DNA of 64,000 nucleotides, taken from positions 2,226 to 66,225 of the forward strand of contig CAKSQT010000001.1 in the NCBI GenBank assembly GCA_934486755.1, read 5' to 3'. The notes under the pieces are model-generated. The model had not been told where the DNA came from. It made no database searches and saw nothing but the letters and a program-made list of their open reading frames with translations. Positions 1 to 9,507 of this stretch are shown piece after piece; the first letter of the stretch is position 1; the number at the start of each line of letters is the position of its first letter. Both the position numbers and the translations under genes were made by a program. Source of the stretch: an uncultured Eubacteriales bacterium. Its GTDB lineage: Bacteria > Bacillota > Clostridia > Oscillospirales > Acutalibacteraceae.

Positions 1-808
1 CAAGATCGTCTATATACACAGACCCGCTCATATGGGTGAAGCCTATTCTTGTCTGCGGTGAATCGGAAAGAGCGCATTCCTGATTGAAAAGCTGCATATA
101 TCCGTCTTCACTGACAAGGGTAATTTTCACCGTACCCTTTGAATATCTTGCGGATACCTGCACCCAGGTTTTAAAGGGAAGCGCCTTTGTTGAGTCCGAA
201 TTTACCGCCCTATATTCAAGTTGATTAAATCCGGGGGAATATGACGGGCTTGTGTATCCGTTCTGACCCGACGGTTTGCCGACAGGAACCGCCGTTATTT
301 TGCCTCTTATTGAACGCAACGCTATTCCGCGCCAATTTTCCTTATCCTTATAATCGTAAACAAACGTGGGATAACGGTAATTGTAGTTAGCGTCATCACA
401 TTCAAGCAGCACCTTGAAATTGACAGAATAGAGCGTCGCGTCACTCTGCAAAAAGTTTGATGACAGAAGATATATACCATTATTACCGTTTTTACCTGCC
501 TCGGAGGTGTTCTGTACCGTTATTTTCGCCGCTGTATCGCTGCTGTTAATCGTGTCTTTAAGCGGGTTTTTCACAGCCGACATTTCCGACTTTTTAACGT
601 TAGCATAATCATTGGCGAAGAACATTGACACGTTGCCGTCCTCGAAGTCGGTGCTTGTTTTGACTTCGCCGACAGGGTCAAACGGATCCGAGCCTGTATC
701 GTCCTTATCGTTATTGCTTTCGGCGTAAAGACTTACCGAGGAAACGGCAAGCATTATAACTGCCAACAAAAGTGCAAAAATTGACTTAAATGACTTTTTT
801 GTTTTCAT
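1..808 (-). CDS. secreted beta-sandwich (LamG/concanavalin-like) protein; only the 5' part of the gene is in the window
   Basis: Minus-strand ATG at 806-808 (RC of 'cat') opens a frame that runs off the left edge. The N-terminus MKTKKSFKSIFALLLAVIMLAVSSVSLYAE looks like a signal peptide. The ORF track omits it because no stop falls in the window. The visible portion resembles the first domain of the 821-2554 and 25736-27445 paralogs. Confidence 0.45.
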   Translation of the reverse strand, partial: MKTKKSFKSIFALLLAVIMLAVSSVSLYAESNNDKDDTGSDPFDPVGEVKTSTDFEDGNVSMFFANDYANVKKSEMSAVKNPLKDTINSSDTAAKITVQNTSEAGKNGNNGIYLLSSNFLQSDATLYSVNFKVLLECDDANYNYRYPTFVYDYKDKENWRGIALRSIRGKITAVPVGKPSGQNGYTSPSYSPGFNQLEYRAVNSDSTKALPFKTWVQVSARYSKGTVKITLVSEDGYMQLFNQECALSDSPQTRIGFTHMSGSVYIDDL

Positions 809-820
809 TGCCGTTCCTCC

Positions 821-2554
821 TTATTTAGTCTTTTTAGAGCCGAACTTATTATCGCCGTTTATACCGTTAAAATAATAAGAATATTTTTTATCGTTTGTCC
901 AATCCTTTACAGTATCGGGAATGGGGTCTTCCCAACCGCCGCCGACATAGTTATCGTAATCGCCGTTGATTTCATCGGGAGTCAATTCAACTATAATATT
1001 GTCTATATAACAGTCGGTCTCAAAGGTCTTTACTCCGACTCTGCCGAAGCCGATAATTTCTTCCCAGTTTCCCGCGTCTGAGGTAAGCTCACTCTTCATC
1101 GCCATACCGTCATCAGTAAATTCGATAACCTTTTCGCCGTCAAAATAGACGCATATAATATTATCGAAAACCGAGATAGCAAGGTTGTGCCACTTTCCGT
1201 CGCCTATAATATTATCAATCGGCACAGGGTCGCAAAGACGAGTACCCGTTATGTTCTTTTCCCATTTAACGGGACTGTTGACGTGTTTATAAAGCGACAC
1301 GGTCATTTGGTCGCTATTGCCGATACTCTCATTCTGCACGGTGGCGGCATAATCCGAATAGCCGTACCACTCTACTATTCGGCTTCGGGCGCTGAGTGCA
1401 ATAAAGTTATTGGCATTTTTAGACTTGGGGTCGCATTTTTCGGTGTATTGGAAATCCATACTTACCTTATAGTCCGACCAGCTTTCATCGCCTATAAAAT
1501 CAACCGAATCCTGCATAAGCTGTTTATAAAGGAAGCGGTTACCGTCCTGTACTATTTTGTCGGCATACTTGGGCGCCGCCTCATTGACAGTGCCTTCGCT
1601 TTTGGTATAATCATACTGTTTTTGCCCGCTGGTCCATTTATAGTTTTTATCGGCACCCGTGCCTGCGTCCTTGCCTATGGCGAGCTTTTTATCGTCGGAG
1701 AAGGTTTCGTATAAAACAATGTTTTCATTCCCCGAAAGGTCCAAATCGGGATCGACAGGTTCGGTAGGTTTATCCGAGCCCGATGAACTCGGCTCATCAT
1801 CACTGCCTGTATATGTGCCCTCGCCGTAAAACTTCAAATCGCTGAAATTTGTTTTAACGAACGTTGCCTCATCAACCGAGTGCAGACCGAGGCCCGCATA
1901 TATAGGGCCTGTATAGTCCATTGAAGCATATCCCGCAAGCCGCCAATTTGAATCTCCGCTGTTTTTATATCGGCACTCAACCGAATTTTTCTGAACAACA
2001 ACTTTCAATTGGAACGGGAATGAAACGTTTTTGGCAGAAGTAAACTTCCAGCTTCCTCCCGTCTTAGTACGGTAGACTATCATAAGACCCTCGGCTCTTA
2101 AATGAAGAAAAACACCCGAAGCGTCGTTTGACAGCGAGCTTCTTATCATAATTCCCGATGACGCGTTTATATTAACCGAATCGCCCGCGTTTTCAGGACC
2201 GAAGCTGTTCATAGTAGCCTCTATTGTCAGAGAATCGCTGTCCCTCGGCGCAACATTAAACTTTCTGTAAGCGAATGTTACGTCATCTGTGCTGCCCCAG
2301 TAGCAATATGCGTTTGAACGCATATCGTAACTGCCGCCGCTTTGCTTTATATCGCCTTGCGGAGTATATGCGCCCGCGCCGTTTTCAACTTCGACATTTC
2401 CGTCAATGTTTATCAGCTCCAAATCAGGATTGGTTTCATCAATTTTCTCGGCACGGGTCATAACCATATTGGAAAGCACTATTCCCACGGTCATTAACGC
2501 TACGAGCAGGATAACGGTTATATGTTTCGGTGATATTTTTACATTAGCTTTCAT
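821..2554 (-). CDS. membrane-anchored/secreted two-domain beta-sandwich protein (N-terminal concanavalin-like domain, Ser/Asp-rich linker, C-terminal LamG/DUF1080-like domain); last gene of cassette 1
   Basis: 577-aa ORF with an N-terminal signal anchor (ITVILLVALMTVGIVL). It has an SSSGSDKPTEPVDPD linker and a C-terminal 'DGKWHNLAISVFDNIICVYFDGEKV' LamG-like segment. It is paralogous to 25736-27445 (similar length and domain order). It overlaps the upstream cohesin gene by 11 nt. Confidence 0.5.
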   Translation of the reverse strand: MKANVKISPKHITVILLVALMTVGIVLSNMVMTRAEKIDETNPDLELINIDGNVEVENGAGAYTPQGDIKQSGGSYDMRSNAYCYWGSTDDVTFAYRKFNVAPRDSDSLTIEATMNSFGPENAGDSVNINASSGIMIRSSLSNDASGVFLHLRAEGLMIVYRTKTGGSWKFTSAKNVSFPFQLKVVVQKNSVECRYKNSGDSNWRLAGYASMDYTGPIYAGLGLHSVDEATFVKTNFSDLKFYGEGTYTGSDDEPSSSGSDKPTEPVDPDLDLSGNENIVLYETFSDDKKLAIGKDAGTGADKNYKWTSGQKQYDYTKSEGTVNEAAPKYADKIVQDGNRFLYKQLMQDSVDFIGDESWSDYKVSMDFQYTEKCDPKSKNANNFIALSARSRIVEWYGYSDYAATVQNESIGNSDQMTVSLYKHVNSPVKWEKNITGTRLCDPVPIDNIIGDGKWHNLAISVFDNIICVYFDGEKVIEFTDDGMAMKSELTSDAGNWEEIIGFGRVGVKTFETDCYIDNIIVELTPDEINGDYDNYVGGGWEDPIPDTVKDWTNDKKYSYYFNGINGDNKFGSKKTK

Positions 2555-4265
2555 CTATATCCGCCTCCTTATCAATGGGGTGCTTTAAAGCACGTCTGTA
2601 AAATCCGTAGCAGAAACCGAAGTTAATAAGCAACACGCCGATTACCGCAAGCATGACCCAAATTATATTGCTCATATTGCGTGTAACGAATTTTACCGTA
2701 TATTTTGCCGAATCCTTGATACGTTTTATTATTTCTTTTACGCCGCCCTCGGAATCGCCGCTGTTGTCGTTTTCGTCAATCTCAGCGGCTGTATCGCCGT
2801 CCGAATCTTCGTCCGAGTCGGTATCGTCCTGCGGCAGCTCGGCTATTGCGTCCATAAGCGAGGAAAGCAGTTGTCCCTCATTCTGCAAAAGAGCCTTTAC
2901 GCCGTCGTCAAGCATTTCGTAAGCGTAGTTTGCGATATTAACATCAATCTCATCGTCACGCGTAACCGTTTCGGGCGTTAACGACAAAACATAGGAAAAA
3001 TTATCCTTAAAAGCGTCTGCCGCTTTAATCTCGGCGGCTTTCTCAGGATTTTGAGATATTTTCAGTTCCTCGATCTTCTTTATGAGCTTTTCGAGCAGTT
3101 CCTTTTTATCTGCCAGCATTTCTACGGCATATTTATTTATCTCGTAATCGCCGAGCGCCGAAAGTGCGTTGCGCACACCCGTTTCATCACCTGTTTTGAC
3201 CGTTTCGGGCGTCAGGTCGAAAACCCATTTAAACGGCTGGGATAAATAATCGTTCACCGCTTCTTCGGCGGCGGCGCGCTGTTTCTTTTCAAGCTCCGCC
3301 CTTTCCTGTTCTTCAAGCTCGTCTTTAATCTGCGCTTTCAGGAAAGCAAGAACGCTTTTCAGCGTGTTTTTCTGCGGCATCAGTTTTGCCTGAGCCTGAA
3401 CCGACAGCTTTTCCATTTCGGTTATAGCGGTTTCGAGAGCAACAACGTCCTTAAAACTGCCGTCGGCATTTTTATCTGTCGTCACATTGAGCTTGGTGCG
3501 TGACAAAGCATAACTATGCTCCTGCTTATATTTTTCAACCTCAGCATTTACAGAGTCGTTTCCGCTTTGCTCGCGCAGGCGGTTATATTCTTTAATCGCA
3601 TTTGCAAGCGTGCTGTAATTGGTTACCAGCGGTTTTTCGGAGCCACTCAATGCCGTATACTTATTCCAAGCCGATATAATCCGTTCGTTGCAGGCATCTG
3701 TATAAACGACGGGATTATCTATTGCGTTTATCGCCGCTATTACCGCGTTAACATTATTGACGGCATTACCCGTTATGCTTCCGCCTGTCATAGTCCCTAC
3801 GGCAATATCCTTCATAGCGTTGCCTTCAAAAACATACAGCATTTCAACCGACGGTGTGATTACCGTATCCGAAAACGAGGATTTTGCGGCAAAGGTAAAT
3901 TGAAAAAGTTTACCCGACGTCAAGGTAACTTTATCAAGAGAATCCCAAATAAGCCTTACCTTACCGTTTTTATTGCTTATGGTACAGCCGTCCATATTCT
4001 TAACAAATATCTTTTCGCTGTTGCCCGAAAACGCCACTTTGCTTTCATCATACGCAATTACAAGGGAAATACCGCTGATTTGCACAGCGGCACTTCCTGT
4101 ATATTTTACGGATACCTGAAACGCGTCGTTTGCCTTTACTCCCCCGACGTCCTCAACAGACAGTGACACCGAAGTATCGGCAAACGAGGTTATGGCAACA
4201 ATCGGAAGGATAACTGTAAGCGTAAGAATAACGGCAAATATCTTTTTAAAAATACCAGTTCTCAC
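2544..4265 (-). CDS. type I membrane protein with N-terminal cohesin-like beta-sandwich domain, long helical repeat stalk, acidic tract and C-terminal TM anchor
   Basis: 573 aa with a signal peptide (MRTGIFKKIFAVILTLTVILPIVAITSFA). It is followed by about 140 aa with a cohesin-like pattern (VSLSVEDVGG..FQVSVKYTG..ISLVIAYDESKV..GKLFQFTFAA). Internal helical repeats (..LTPETVKTGDE.. / ..LTPETVTRDDE..) and a DTDSDEDSDGD acidic tract precede a single C-terminal TM (IIWVMLAVIGVLLINFGF) and a short basic tail. There is no LPXTG motif. Paralog of 27442-29154. Confidence 0.5.
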   Translation of the reverse strand: MRTGIFKKIFAVILTLTVILPIVAITSFADTSVSLSVEDVGGVKANDAFQVSVKYTGSAAVQISGISLVIAYDESKVAFSGNSEKIFVKNMDGCTISNKNGKVRLIWDSLDKVTLTSGKLFQFTFAAKSSFSDTVITPSVEMLYVFEGNAMKDIAVGTMTGGSITGNAVNNVNAVIAAINAIDNPVVYTDACNERIISAWNKYTALSGSEKPLVTNYSTLANAIKEYNRLREQSGNDSVNAEVEKYKQEHSYALSRTKLNVTTDKNADGSFKDVVALETAITEMEKLSVQAQAKLMPQKNTLKSVLAFLKAQIKDELEEQERAELEKKQRAAAEEAVNDYLSQPFKWVFDLTPETVKTGDETGVRNALSALGDYEINKYAVEMLADKKELLEKLIKKIEELKISQNPEKAAEIKAADAFKDNFSYVLSLTPETVTRDDEIDVNIANYAYEMLDDGVKALLQNEGQLLSSLMDAIAELPQDDTDSDEDSDGDTAAEIDENDNSGDSEGGVKEIIKRIKDSAKYTVKFVTRNMSNIIWVMLAVIGVLLINFGFCYGFYRRALKHPIDKEADIDES

Positions 4266-4298
4266 CTTGTACTCCTTTCTTAGTTGACAAAGGCTTGA

Positions 4299-5936
4299 TT
4301 ATTTTGCTTTGTACTCCTGCATTTGTTTGGATACCGTTGATTTTACATCGTCAAGCTTGGCATCCTTCATCTTCTTTATCATCTGATCGTAGGTCGCGGT
4401 ATATTTGCTTCCGTTAAGCCCTGAAAGGAGCTGATCGTTATACTCTTTAATTACGCTTGCAACATTTGAAACGTCTGTAAGCATTGACGAGAGGTCTGCT
4501 CTGAAACGGTAATAAGGCGTTTTGTGAAGCGTTGGTCTTACGTTCTTTTCAAATTCGAGCGCCCACTCGGACTGACCGTCAAGAACAACGGGCGTATGGT
4601 ATAACAGATATGCGTTTGTAACCGTCCAGAAGCACTTGCCGTATTTGCAGGAAGAACTCGGCTGCACCGTATAGTCAACGCCCTGCGCGCAGTCGCCTGT
4701 AAGAGTGTAGTGATAGGTGTTATACTCCTTAGCGTACTCGCTGTTCTTTTCAAATCCGTAACAGAGGAGGTTCGCAAGGTCGTTGCCTTCCGTACCCTTA
4801 GGCGAGCGCATAAGGTCAAGCAGTTTTATAGCTTCTTTGGGATACTTTGCGGTTATCGGAATAACCTGGTATGTCGCTTCGCTTCCCAAAATAGAAACCC
4901 CGTTAAACTGCTGCTCGGTCGTGTCGAGCAAAAGTCCGTAAGTACCTATTTCACCGTTGTTAAGTATGTATTTGACGCCTCTTGCCTCGCCTGTTTCGGG
5001 ATTGTCGGTTCCGTACCACATTCCCGAACCGTCTGCCCATATAACCGATGCCCTTGTTCCGCCGCCGTTTGAGGTAAGAACATCCTCAGGAACATAGCCC
5101 GCATTGTACCATTTGCCCGCATATTCAAGGTAAAGTTTATATGCGTCTGTTTCCATAAAGTTTACCAGCTGCGCGTTATCGTCAAATGCGTCGTAGCAAA
5201 GCGACGCGCCGTTCATTGATGTGGCGCCTACAAAGTCATATCCTCTTGTCGCAAGGATTTTACCTATTGTAATTACATCAATACCGTTACCTATCGTATC
5301 GGTATCATAGGCGTCGGCAGCCCAAACTTTTTCAAGGAACTTTGTAATCTCATCATACACCGCGCGGGTCGTTTTCGTAGAACTGTGCGCCGCATTTAAC
5401 AGTGCGTCAACGTCCATATACTGATAAAGTTCGGCGGGTATATCAATTTGTGCCGACTGCTGGAATATAGGCTGCTGAATAGGCAACATATAGAGCTTGT
5501 CGTTATATGTACCGCTGTAATAATCCTCGGCATAATCCTTCATTTCCTGATAAATGTTGGGAGTATCCTTTTCATTTATAAGGTCATCAAGCTCGGAATA
5601 AGCGCCCTTTGTAATTTCACTCTCAACATCGTAGAGGTAACCCGACCACGCAATGTCAACCTGATCTCCCGCGTTCATCCAGAGCGACCAGTTTTCATTT
5701 GTCTGGTCAATAAACTCAACCTGAACGCCAGGCATAAGTTCGTTCAGTTTTTTATTAAATTCCTTGTGTACTATTTCGTCATCTTTACAGCCGAGCGCGC
5801 CTGAAAAGCCCCATTTTAATACGACCTTGCCGCCTTTGCCGCCGCAGCCCGTAAAGAGTGCCGCAATCATACTTACCGAAAGTATTGCCGCAATTATTCT
5901 GCCAAACTGTTTTTTCATAAAAATGCTCCTTTTCAA
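4299..5936 (-). CDS. ABC transporter substrate-binding lipoprotein, CUT1/LplA-like (extracellular solute-binding protein family 1)
   Basis: 545 aa with a lipobox (ALFTGCGG). The size and composition are typical of LplA/YesO-type polysaccharide-binding SBPs. It lies directly downstream of two CUT1 permeases. Paralog of 29249-30814. Confidence 0.8.
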   Translation of the reverse strand: MKRSIFMKKQFGRIIAAILSVSMIAALFTGCGGKGGKVVLKWGFSGALGCKDDEIVHKEFNKKLNELMPGVQVEFIDQTNENWSLWMNAGDQVDIAWSGYLYDVESEITKGAYSELDDLINEKDTPNIYQEMKDYAEDYYSGTYNDKLYMLPIQQPIFQQSAQIDIPAELYQYMDVDALLNAAHSSTKTTRAVYDEITKFLEKVWAADAYDTDTIGNGIDVITIGKILATRGYDFVGATSMNGASLCYDAFDDNAQLVNFMETDAYKLYLEYAGKWYNAGYVPEDVLTSNGGGTRASVIWADGSGMWYGTDNPETGEARGVKYILNNGEIGTYGLLLDTTEQQFNGVSILGSEATYQVIPITAKYPKEAIKLLDLMRSPKGTEGNDLANLLCYGFEKNSEYAKEYNTYHYTLTGDCAQGVDYTVQPSSSCKYGKCFWTVTNAYLLYHTPVVLDGQSEWALEFEKNVRPTLHKTPYYRFRADLSSMLTDVSNVASVIKEYNDQLLSGLNGSKYTATYDQMIKKMKDAKLDDVKSTVSKQMQEYKAK

Positions 5937-6809
5937 TTATTCTTTTACCGAGCCGACGGCAATTCCCTTTGCAAAATACTTTTGCATATACGGGAAAAGC
6001 AGCAAAATCGGTATAGTGGCTATGATACACATAGCGTATTTCATAGTTTCAAGCGGTATTGCCGAGGTATCCCTTACCCCTGATTCTTTAAGCGCTTTAA
6101 CAAGAACGTCGGCGCTGTTAAGTATTTTTTGCATTAAAAACTGTATTGTCCAATACTCTTTTTTCGTTATATAGATTAGTGAGGTCTGCCAGTTATTCCA
6201 ACCTCCGACAACACCTGTGAAAAAGTTCATTCCGATTATCGGCTTTGACATCGGCATCACTATGCTCCACAGGGTTCTGAACTGACTTGCCCCGTCTATC
6301 TCCGCCGACTCAATAAGCGATTTCGGCACACCCTTAAAAAACGTTTTGTAAACTATAACGCCCCACGCACCGACAGCAGGCAACAAATACACCATCGGAT
6401 TGTCTTTCATATGATAAAGCTGTGTGTAAACCATATACGTCGGCATTAAACCGCCGCTTACAAACATTGTACCCAGCAGAATGACATTTACAGGCTTTTT
6501 TAAAATAAAGTCGTCCCTTGTAAGGGGATAGGCAAAGGCACAGTTGACAACTATATTTATCACAGTTGCGAGAAGTGCAACAATTATCGTAAATATAATT
6601 GCTCTGCCCATAACCGCTATGTTTTCAAACAGCATTTTATATGCCGCAACCGACCAGATCTTCGGTATAAATGAAAAGCCGTATGTGGAAAACTCCGCCT
6701 CGCCAGTGAACGAAATTATAAGTATCATCAGCACAGGAACTAAAAATATAAGGGTCATTATCGCGAAAAAAATATGTAAAACTATCGGATATACTTTTCC
6801 GTCCTTCAT
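5937..6809 (-). CDS. sugar ABC transporter permease, LplC/YtcP-like (MalG-type)
   Basis: 290 aa with multiple TM segments and the EAA-like loop 'ESAEIDGASQFRTLWSIVMPMSKP'. Adjacent to the SBP gene with a 0-nt gap. Paralog of 30857-31783. Confidence 0.8.
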   Translation of the reverse strand: MKDGKVYPIVLHIFFAIMTLIFLVPVLMILIISFTGEAEFSTYGFSFIPKIWSVAAYKMLFENIAVMGRAIIFTIIVALLATVINIVVNCAFAYPLTRDDFILKKPVNVILLGTMFVSGGLMPTYMVYTQLYHMKDNPMVYLLPAVGAWGVIVYKTFFKGVPKSLIESAEIDGASQFRTLWSIVMPMSKPIIGMNFFTGVVGGWNNWQTSLIYITKKEYWTIQFLMQKILNSADVLVKALKESGVRDTSAIPLETMKYAMCIIATIPILLLFPYMQKYFAKGIAVGSVKE

Positions 6810-6821
6810 AATAACCCTCCC

Positions 6822-7763
6822 CTAATAAACCGCGTTTTCAGGATTTGTCCGCTTGATTATTGTATTAGTAACAATAAGAAGGACCAAACCTACTGCCGAT
6901 TGAAAAATTCCGACCGCACTTGTAACGCCGACGGTGTATTTTCCCGCCAATCCGTGATAAAGATATGTTGCCAAGGTTTCGGTCGTTGAATACAAAGCGC
7001 CCGAATCAAGCGGCACCTGATAGAATATGTCCATTCCGCCTGCCAGCACCTGACCCATACGGAGTATCAGCACCATACTTGCCATCGGCATAAGCTCGGG
7101 GAAAGAAATGTAACGCATCTGCTTAAATTTACCCGCCCCGTCAAGCGCCGCGGCTTCATACAACGAAGTGTCTATTGAAAGCAACGCCGCGTAGTAATAC
7201 AGACTTGCCATACCAACATCTTTCCATATCTCAAAAAACGTCAGTATAAACGGCCAATATTTCGCCGATTCACGCGAGCTGTAAAAATTAATCGTGTCAA
7301 ACCCCATATTTTTAAGGGCAAGCACTATCACACCGTTTGTAGGACTAAGTAACACATATCCGATATAGGCTACTACGACCCACGAAAGAAAGTTCGGTAT
7401 CAGCATAGCCGTTTGATACAGCTTGTTTGCGTGTTTTGATTTAACATCATAAAGCAACAACGCGACCAACATACCAAGCGCAAGATTTACTATCAACATC
7501 CACGCAATGTTATAGCCTACTGTGTTTCTTATGACCCTGAGCATATCGCCAGAATCAAAAAAGTTCTTGAAATTTTTAAAACCTACCCACGGGCTTCCGA
7601 ATATTCCGTCGCGGTAGTTATACTCCTTAAACGCAAGCACCATACCGAAAACGGGGACGTAATGCAACAAAAGCATTGACAAAAGCCCAGGAAGTATGAA
7701 AAGCAGATAAACGGCATTGTTTTTATATTTAAGTTTTCTGGATCTACTGTTTTTTAAAGACAT
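6822..7763 (-). CDS. sugar ABC transporter permease, LplB-like (MalF-type)
   Basis: 313 aa with an N-terminal 'KYKNNAVYLLFILPGLL' motif typical of LplB-type permeases. It has the EAA loop 'EAAALDGAGKFKQMRYISFPEL'. Paralog of 31790-32749. Confidence 0.8.
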   Translation of the reverse strand: MSLKNSRSRKLKYKNNAVYLLFILPGLLSMLLLHYVPVFGMVLAFKEYNYRDGIFGSPWVGFKNFKNFFDSGDMLRVIRNTVGYNIAWMLIVNLALGMLVALLLYDVKSKHANKLYQTAMLIPNFLSWVVVAYIGYVLLSPTNGVIVLALKNMGFDTINFYSSRESAKYWPFILTFFEIWKDVGMASLYYYAALLSIDTSLYEAAALDGAGKFKQMRYISFPELMPMASMVLILRMGQVLAGGMDIFYQVPLDSGALYSTTETLATYLYHGLAGKYTVGVTSAVGIFQSAVGLVLLIVTNTIIKRTNPENAVY

Positions 7764-7778
7764 TTTATATCCCCGTTT

Positions 7779-9401
7779 CTAATTCGCGTCTTCAACCGTA
7801 TCGTCAAGTACGTCTGCGCGTGTACGTTTTAAAAGCAGATGCCACTTAACAATAACCAAAACGGTAAATGCGATAAGTACAACTATAATCACAGCCAATA
7901 CTATAAAAAGTATCTTTTCAGCAAGGCTTACCTTGGCGCCCTTATTTTCAACGACCGTTGACACGCCGCCCGACTCTGTATTTTCGGTGTTCTCAGCACC
8001 GTCCGTATCTGTATCGGTCTGACTGTCCGCTCCGCTTTCAGTCTGAGCGTCGCCCGCCTGAGCCTGCGAATTATCCGAACCGCTTGCCGTCCCCGCACCG
8101 CTTTCCGCAAGCGGAACATACGAATCGGGAGAAGTTATCGGATGAACGTCTTTAAGCTGAGGATACGCCCCGTCGCTTACCTTCCACGCCGATATGCTGC
8201 TAAACGCTGCGTTAATTTCAGCCATAGAGCCTGCCGCAAAACCTATTTCCAAGCCGCCTGGGGCGTCGCTTATCCAGTTGTTCTTTGTAAGCGTCTTATT
8301 AGTCTGTGATTTTGTTCTTCCCTCAATAACTGCGGTTGTGTAGCAGTTTTCACACGCTTCGGTGTTTTTCTTAATACCTGAGCCGTAAACATCGGTGGCG
8401 TAGAAACACCCCGAGGAGCTGGTCATTACTTTGCCGCCCGCCCAACAGTTTTTAACATACGAATCCCCTGTCATGGGTCCGCAGAACGCGCCCGCGCTGG
8501 TATAACCGCCTGTGAAGCTGCCCTGATAAAAACAATTTTCAATGTTGACCTTGCCGTTATATTTGCCCCAATATGTTTCATTGCCGCCGCAAAAACCGCC
8601 TGAATTCCAAACGCCTGTCGTGGTGACATTTGCATACGAATAACTGTTTTTGATACTTGCGGTTTTTCCTTTTTCGGCAGAAAGTGTTCCGACAAGACCG
8701 CCGACATTGTTTGAGGCGCTTGTTACCGTTCCCGAAGAACCGCAGCCTGTTATTTTTGTGTTGAGCGCCGTTCCGACAAGTATTCCCGTTGACTGTTCAA
8801 GCGACTGTCCCGGATTTGTTGACCAGTCGCTGTTCATTTGGGAGTTGCCTTCAACGGTACTCTTAACAGTTGCGTTAAGTATTACAATATTTTTGAGCGT
8901 TGCTCCCTTTGTCTGACCGAAAAATCCTGCTTCCCAGCCCATAGAACCGTCGCTTTTGAAACCGCTGTACTTTTCAGCAAGGGTAGAGCCTGTCGGTCTA
9001 TGGTCTATGCTGAGATTTTTAATTATGTATTTAGGAGTGCCGTCAGACGCCTTATCACAGGTGAAAGTGCCCGTAAACGGAGCGCTGAATTTTCCTATTG
9101 GGACAAAATTCGCAACCGACGACATATCAATATTATTCGCCAGTTTATAGTTTGCAGAAAGATTGTTTCTTATTTCGTCTACCTGCTGTGCATTTGTTAC
9201 AAGGTACGGACTTTTAACCGTGCCTTTGCCCTTTCCGCTGAACCCTGCCGCTTTCACCGAAAACTGTGAGATTCCGAAGACACAAACGCTCAAACACGTA
9301 ATCATCAAAATGCTCGTTACCTTAAATAGCGATTTCATTTTCATTTTTTTGATTGCCCCTTTCAAAAATTGCAAAAAAATTCCATTTTTCAAGATTGACA
9401 T
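7779..9401 (-). CDS. GLUG-motif beta-helix surface protein with signal peptide and C-terminal TM anchor; first gene of cassette 1 (start more likely at 9344)
   Basis: The N-terminal mature region 'KSPYLVTNAQQVDEIRNNLSANYKLANNIDMS...PIGKFSAPFTGTFTCDKASDG..IIKNLSID' matches the GLUG/IgA-protease-like N-terminal consensus. Gly/Ser-rich beta-helix-like repeats follow. The C-terminal helix ILFIVLAVIIVVLIAFTVLVIV is hydrophobic. An internal ATG at 9344 (MKMKSLF..) follows GAAAGGGG and gives a cleaner signal peptide. Paralog of 32709-34526. Confidence 0.5.
   Translation of the reverse strand: MSILKNGIFLQFLKGAIKKMKMKSLFKVTSILMITCLSVCVFGISQFSVKAAGFSGKGKGTVKSPYLVTNAQQVDEIRNNLSANYKLANNIDMSSVANFVPIGKFSAPFTGTFTCDKASDGTPKYIIKNLSIDHRPTGSTLAEKYSGFKSDGSMGWEAGFFGQTKGATLKNIVILNATVKSTVEGNSQMNSDWSTNPGQSLEQSTGILVGTALNTKITGCGSSGTVTSASNNVGGLVGTLSAEKGKTASIKNSYSYANVTTTGVWNSGGFCGGNETYWGKYNGKVNIENCFYQGSFTGGYTSAGAFCGPMTGDSYVKNCWAGGKVMTSSSGCFYATDVYGSGIKKNTEACENCYTTAVIEGRTKSQTNKTLTKNNWISDAPGGLEIGFAAGSMAEINAAFSSISAWKVSDGAYPQLKDVHPITSPDSYVPLAESGAGTASGSDNSQAQAGDAQTESGADSQTDTDTDGAENTENTESGGVSTVVENKGAKVSLAEKILFIVLAVIIVVLIAFTVLVIVKWHLLLKRTRADVLDDTVEDAN
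9364..9381. promoter_or_regulatory. single ATTGCAAAA box (aaaaattgcaaaaaaatt) just upstream of the RBS of the GLUG/Lpl operon
   Basis: Same TTGCAA-palindrome box as the paired sites at 9508-9545 and 11129-11166. It lies 20-35 nt upstream of the likely start at 9344. Confidence 0.35.
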
Positions 9402-9507
9402 TTAGAGGGATAATTTGTCATTTTGCACCTTAGATTGCACTCTGACAGAACAAAATTTCACCAATTTGTCACCTACTACACATATAATACAGCATTATAT
9501 ACCGAAA

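Noticed and set aside
4538-5128. Several 60-120-aa ORFs on both strands within the SBP gene (and similar ones throughout the window)
   Set aside because: All lie inside long, well-supported CDSs on the opposite or same strand, have no RBS, and show biased composition. Treated as non-coding frames.
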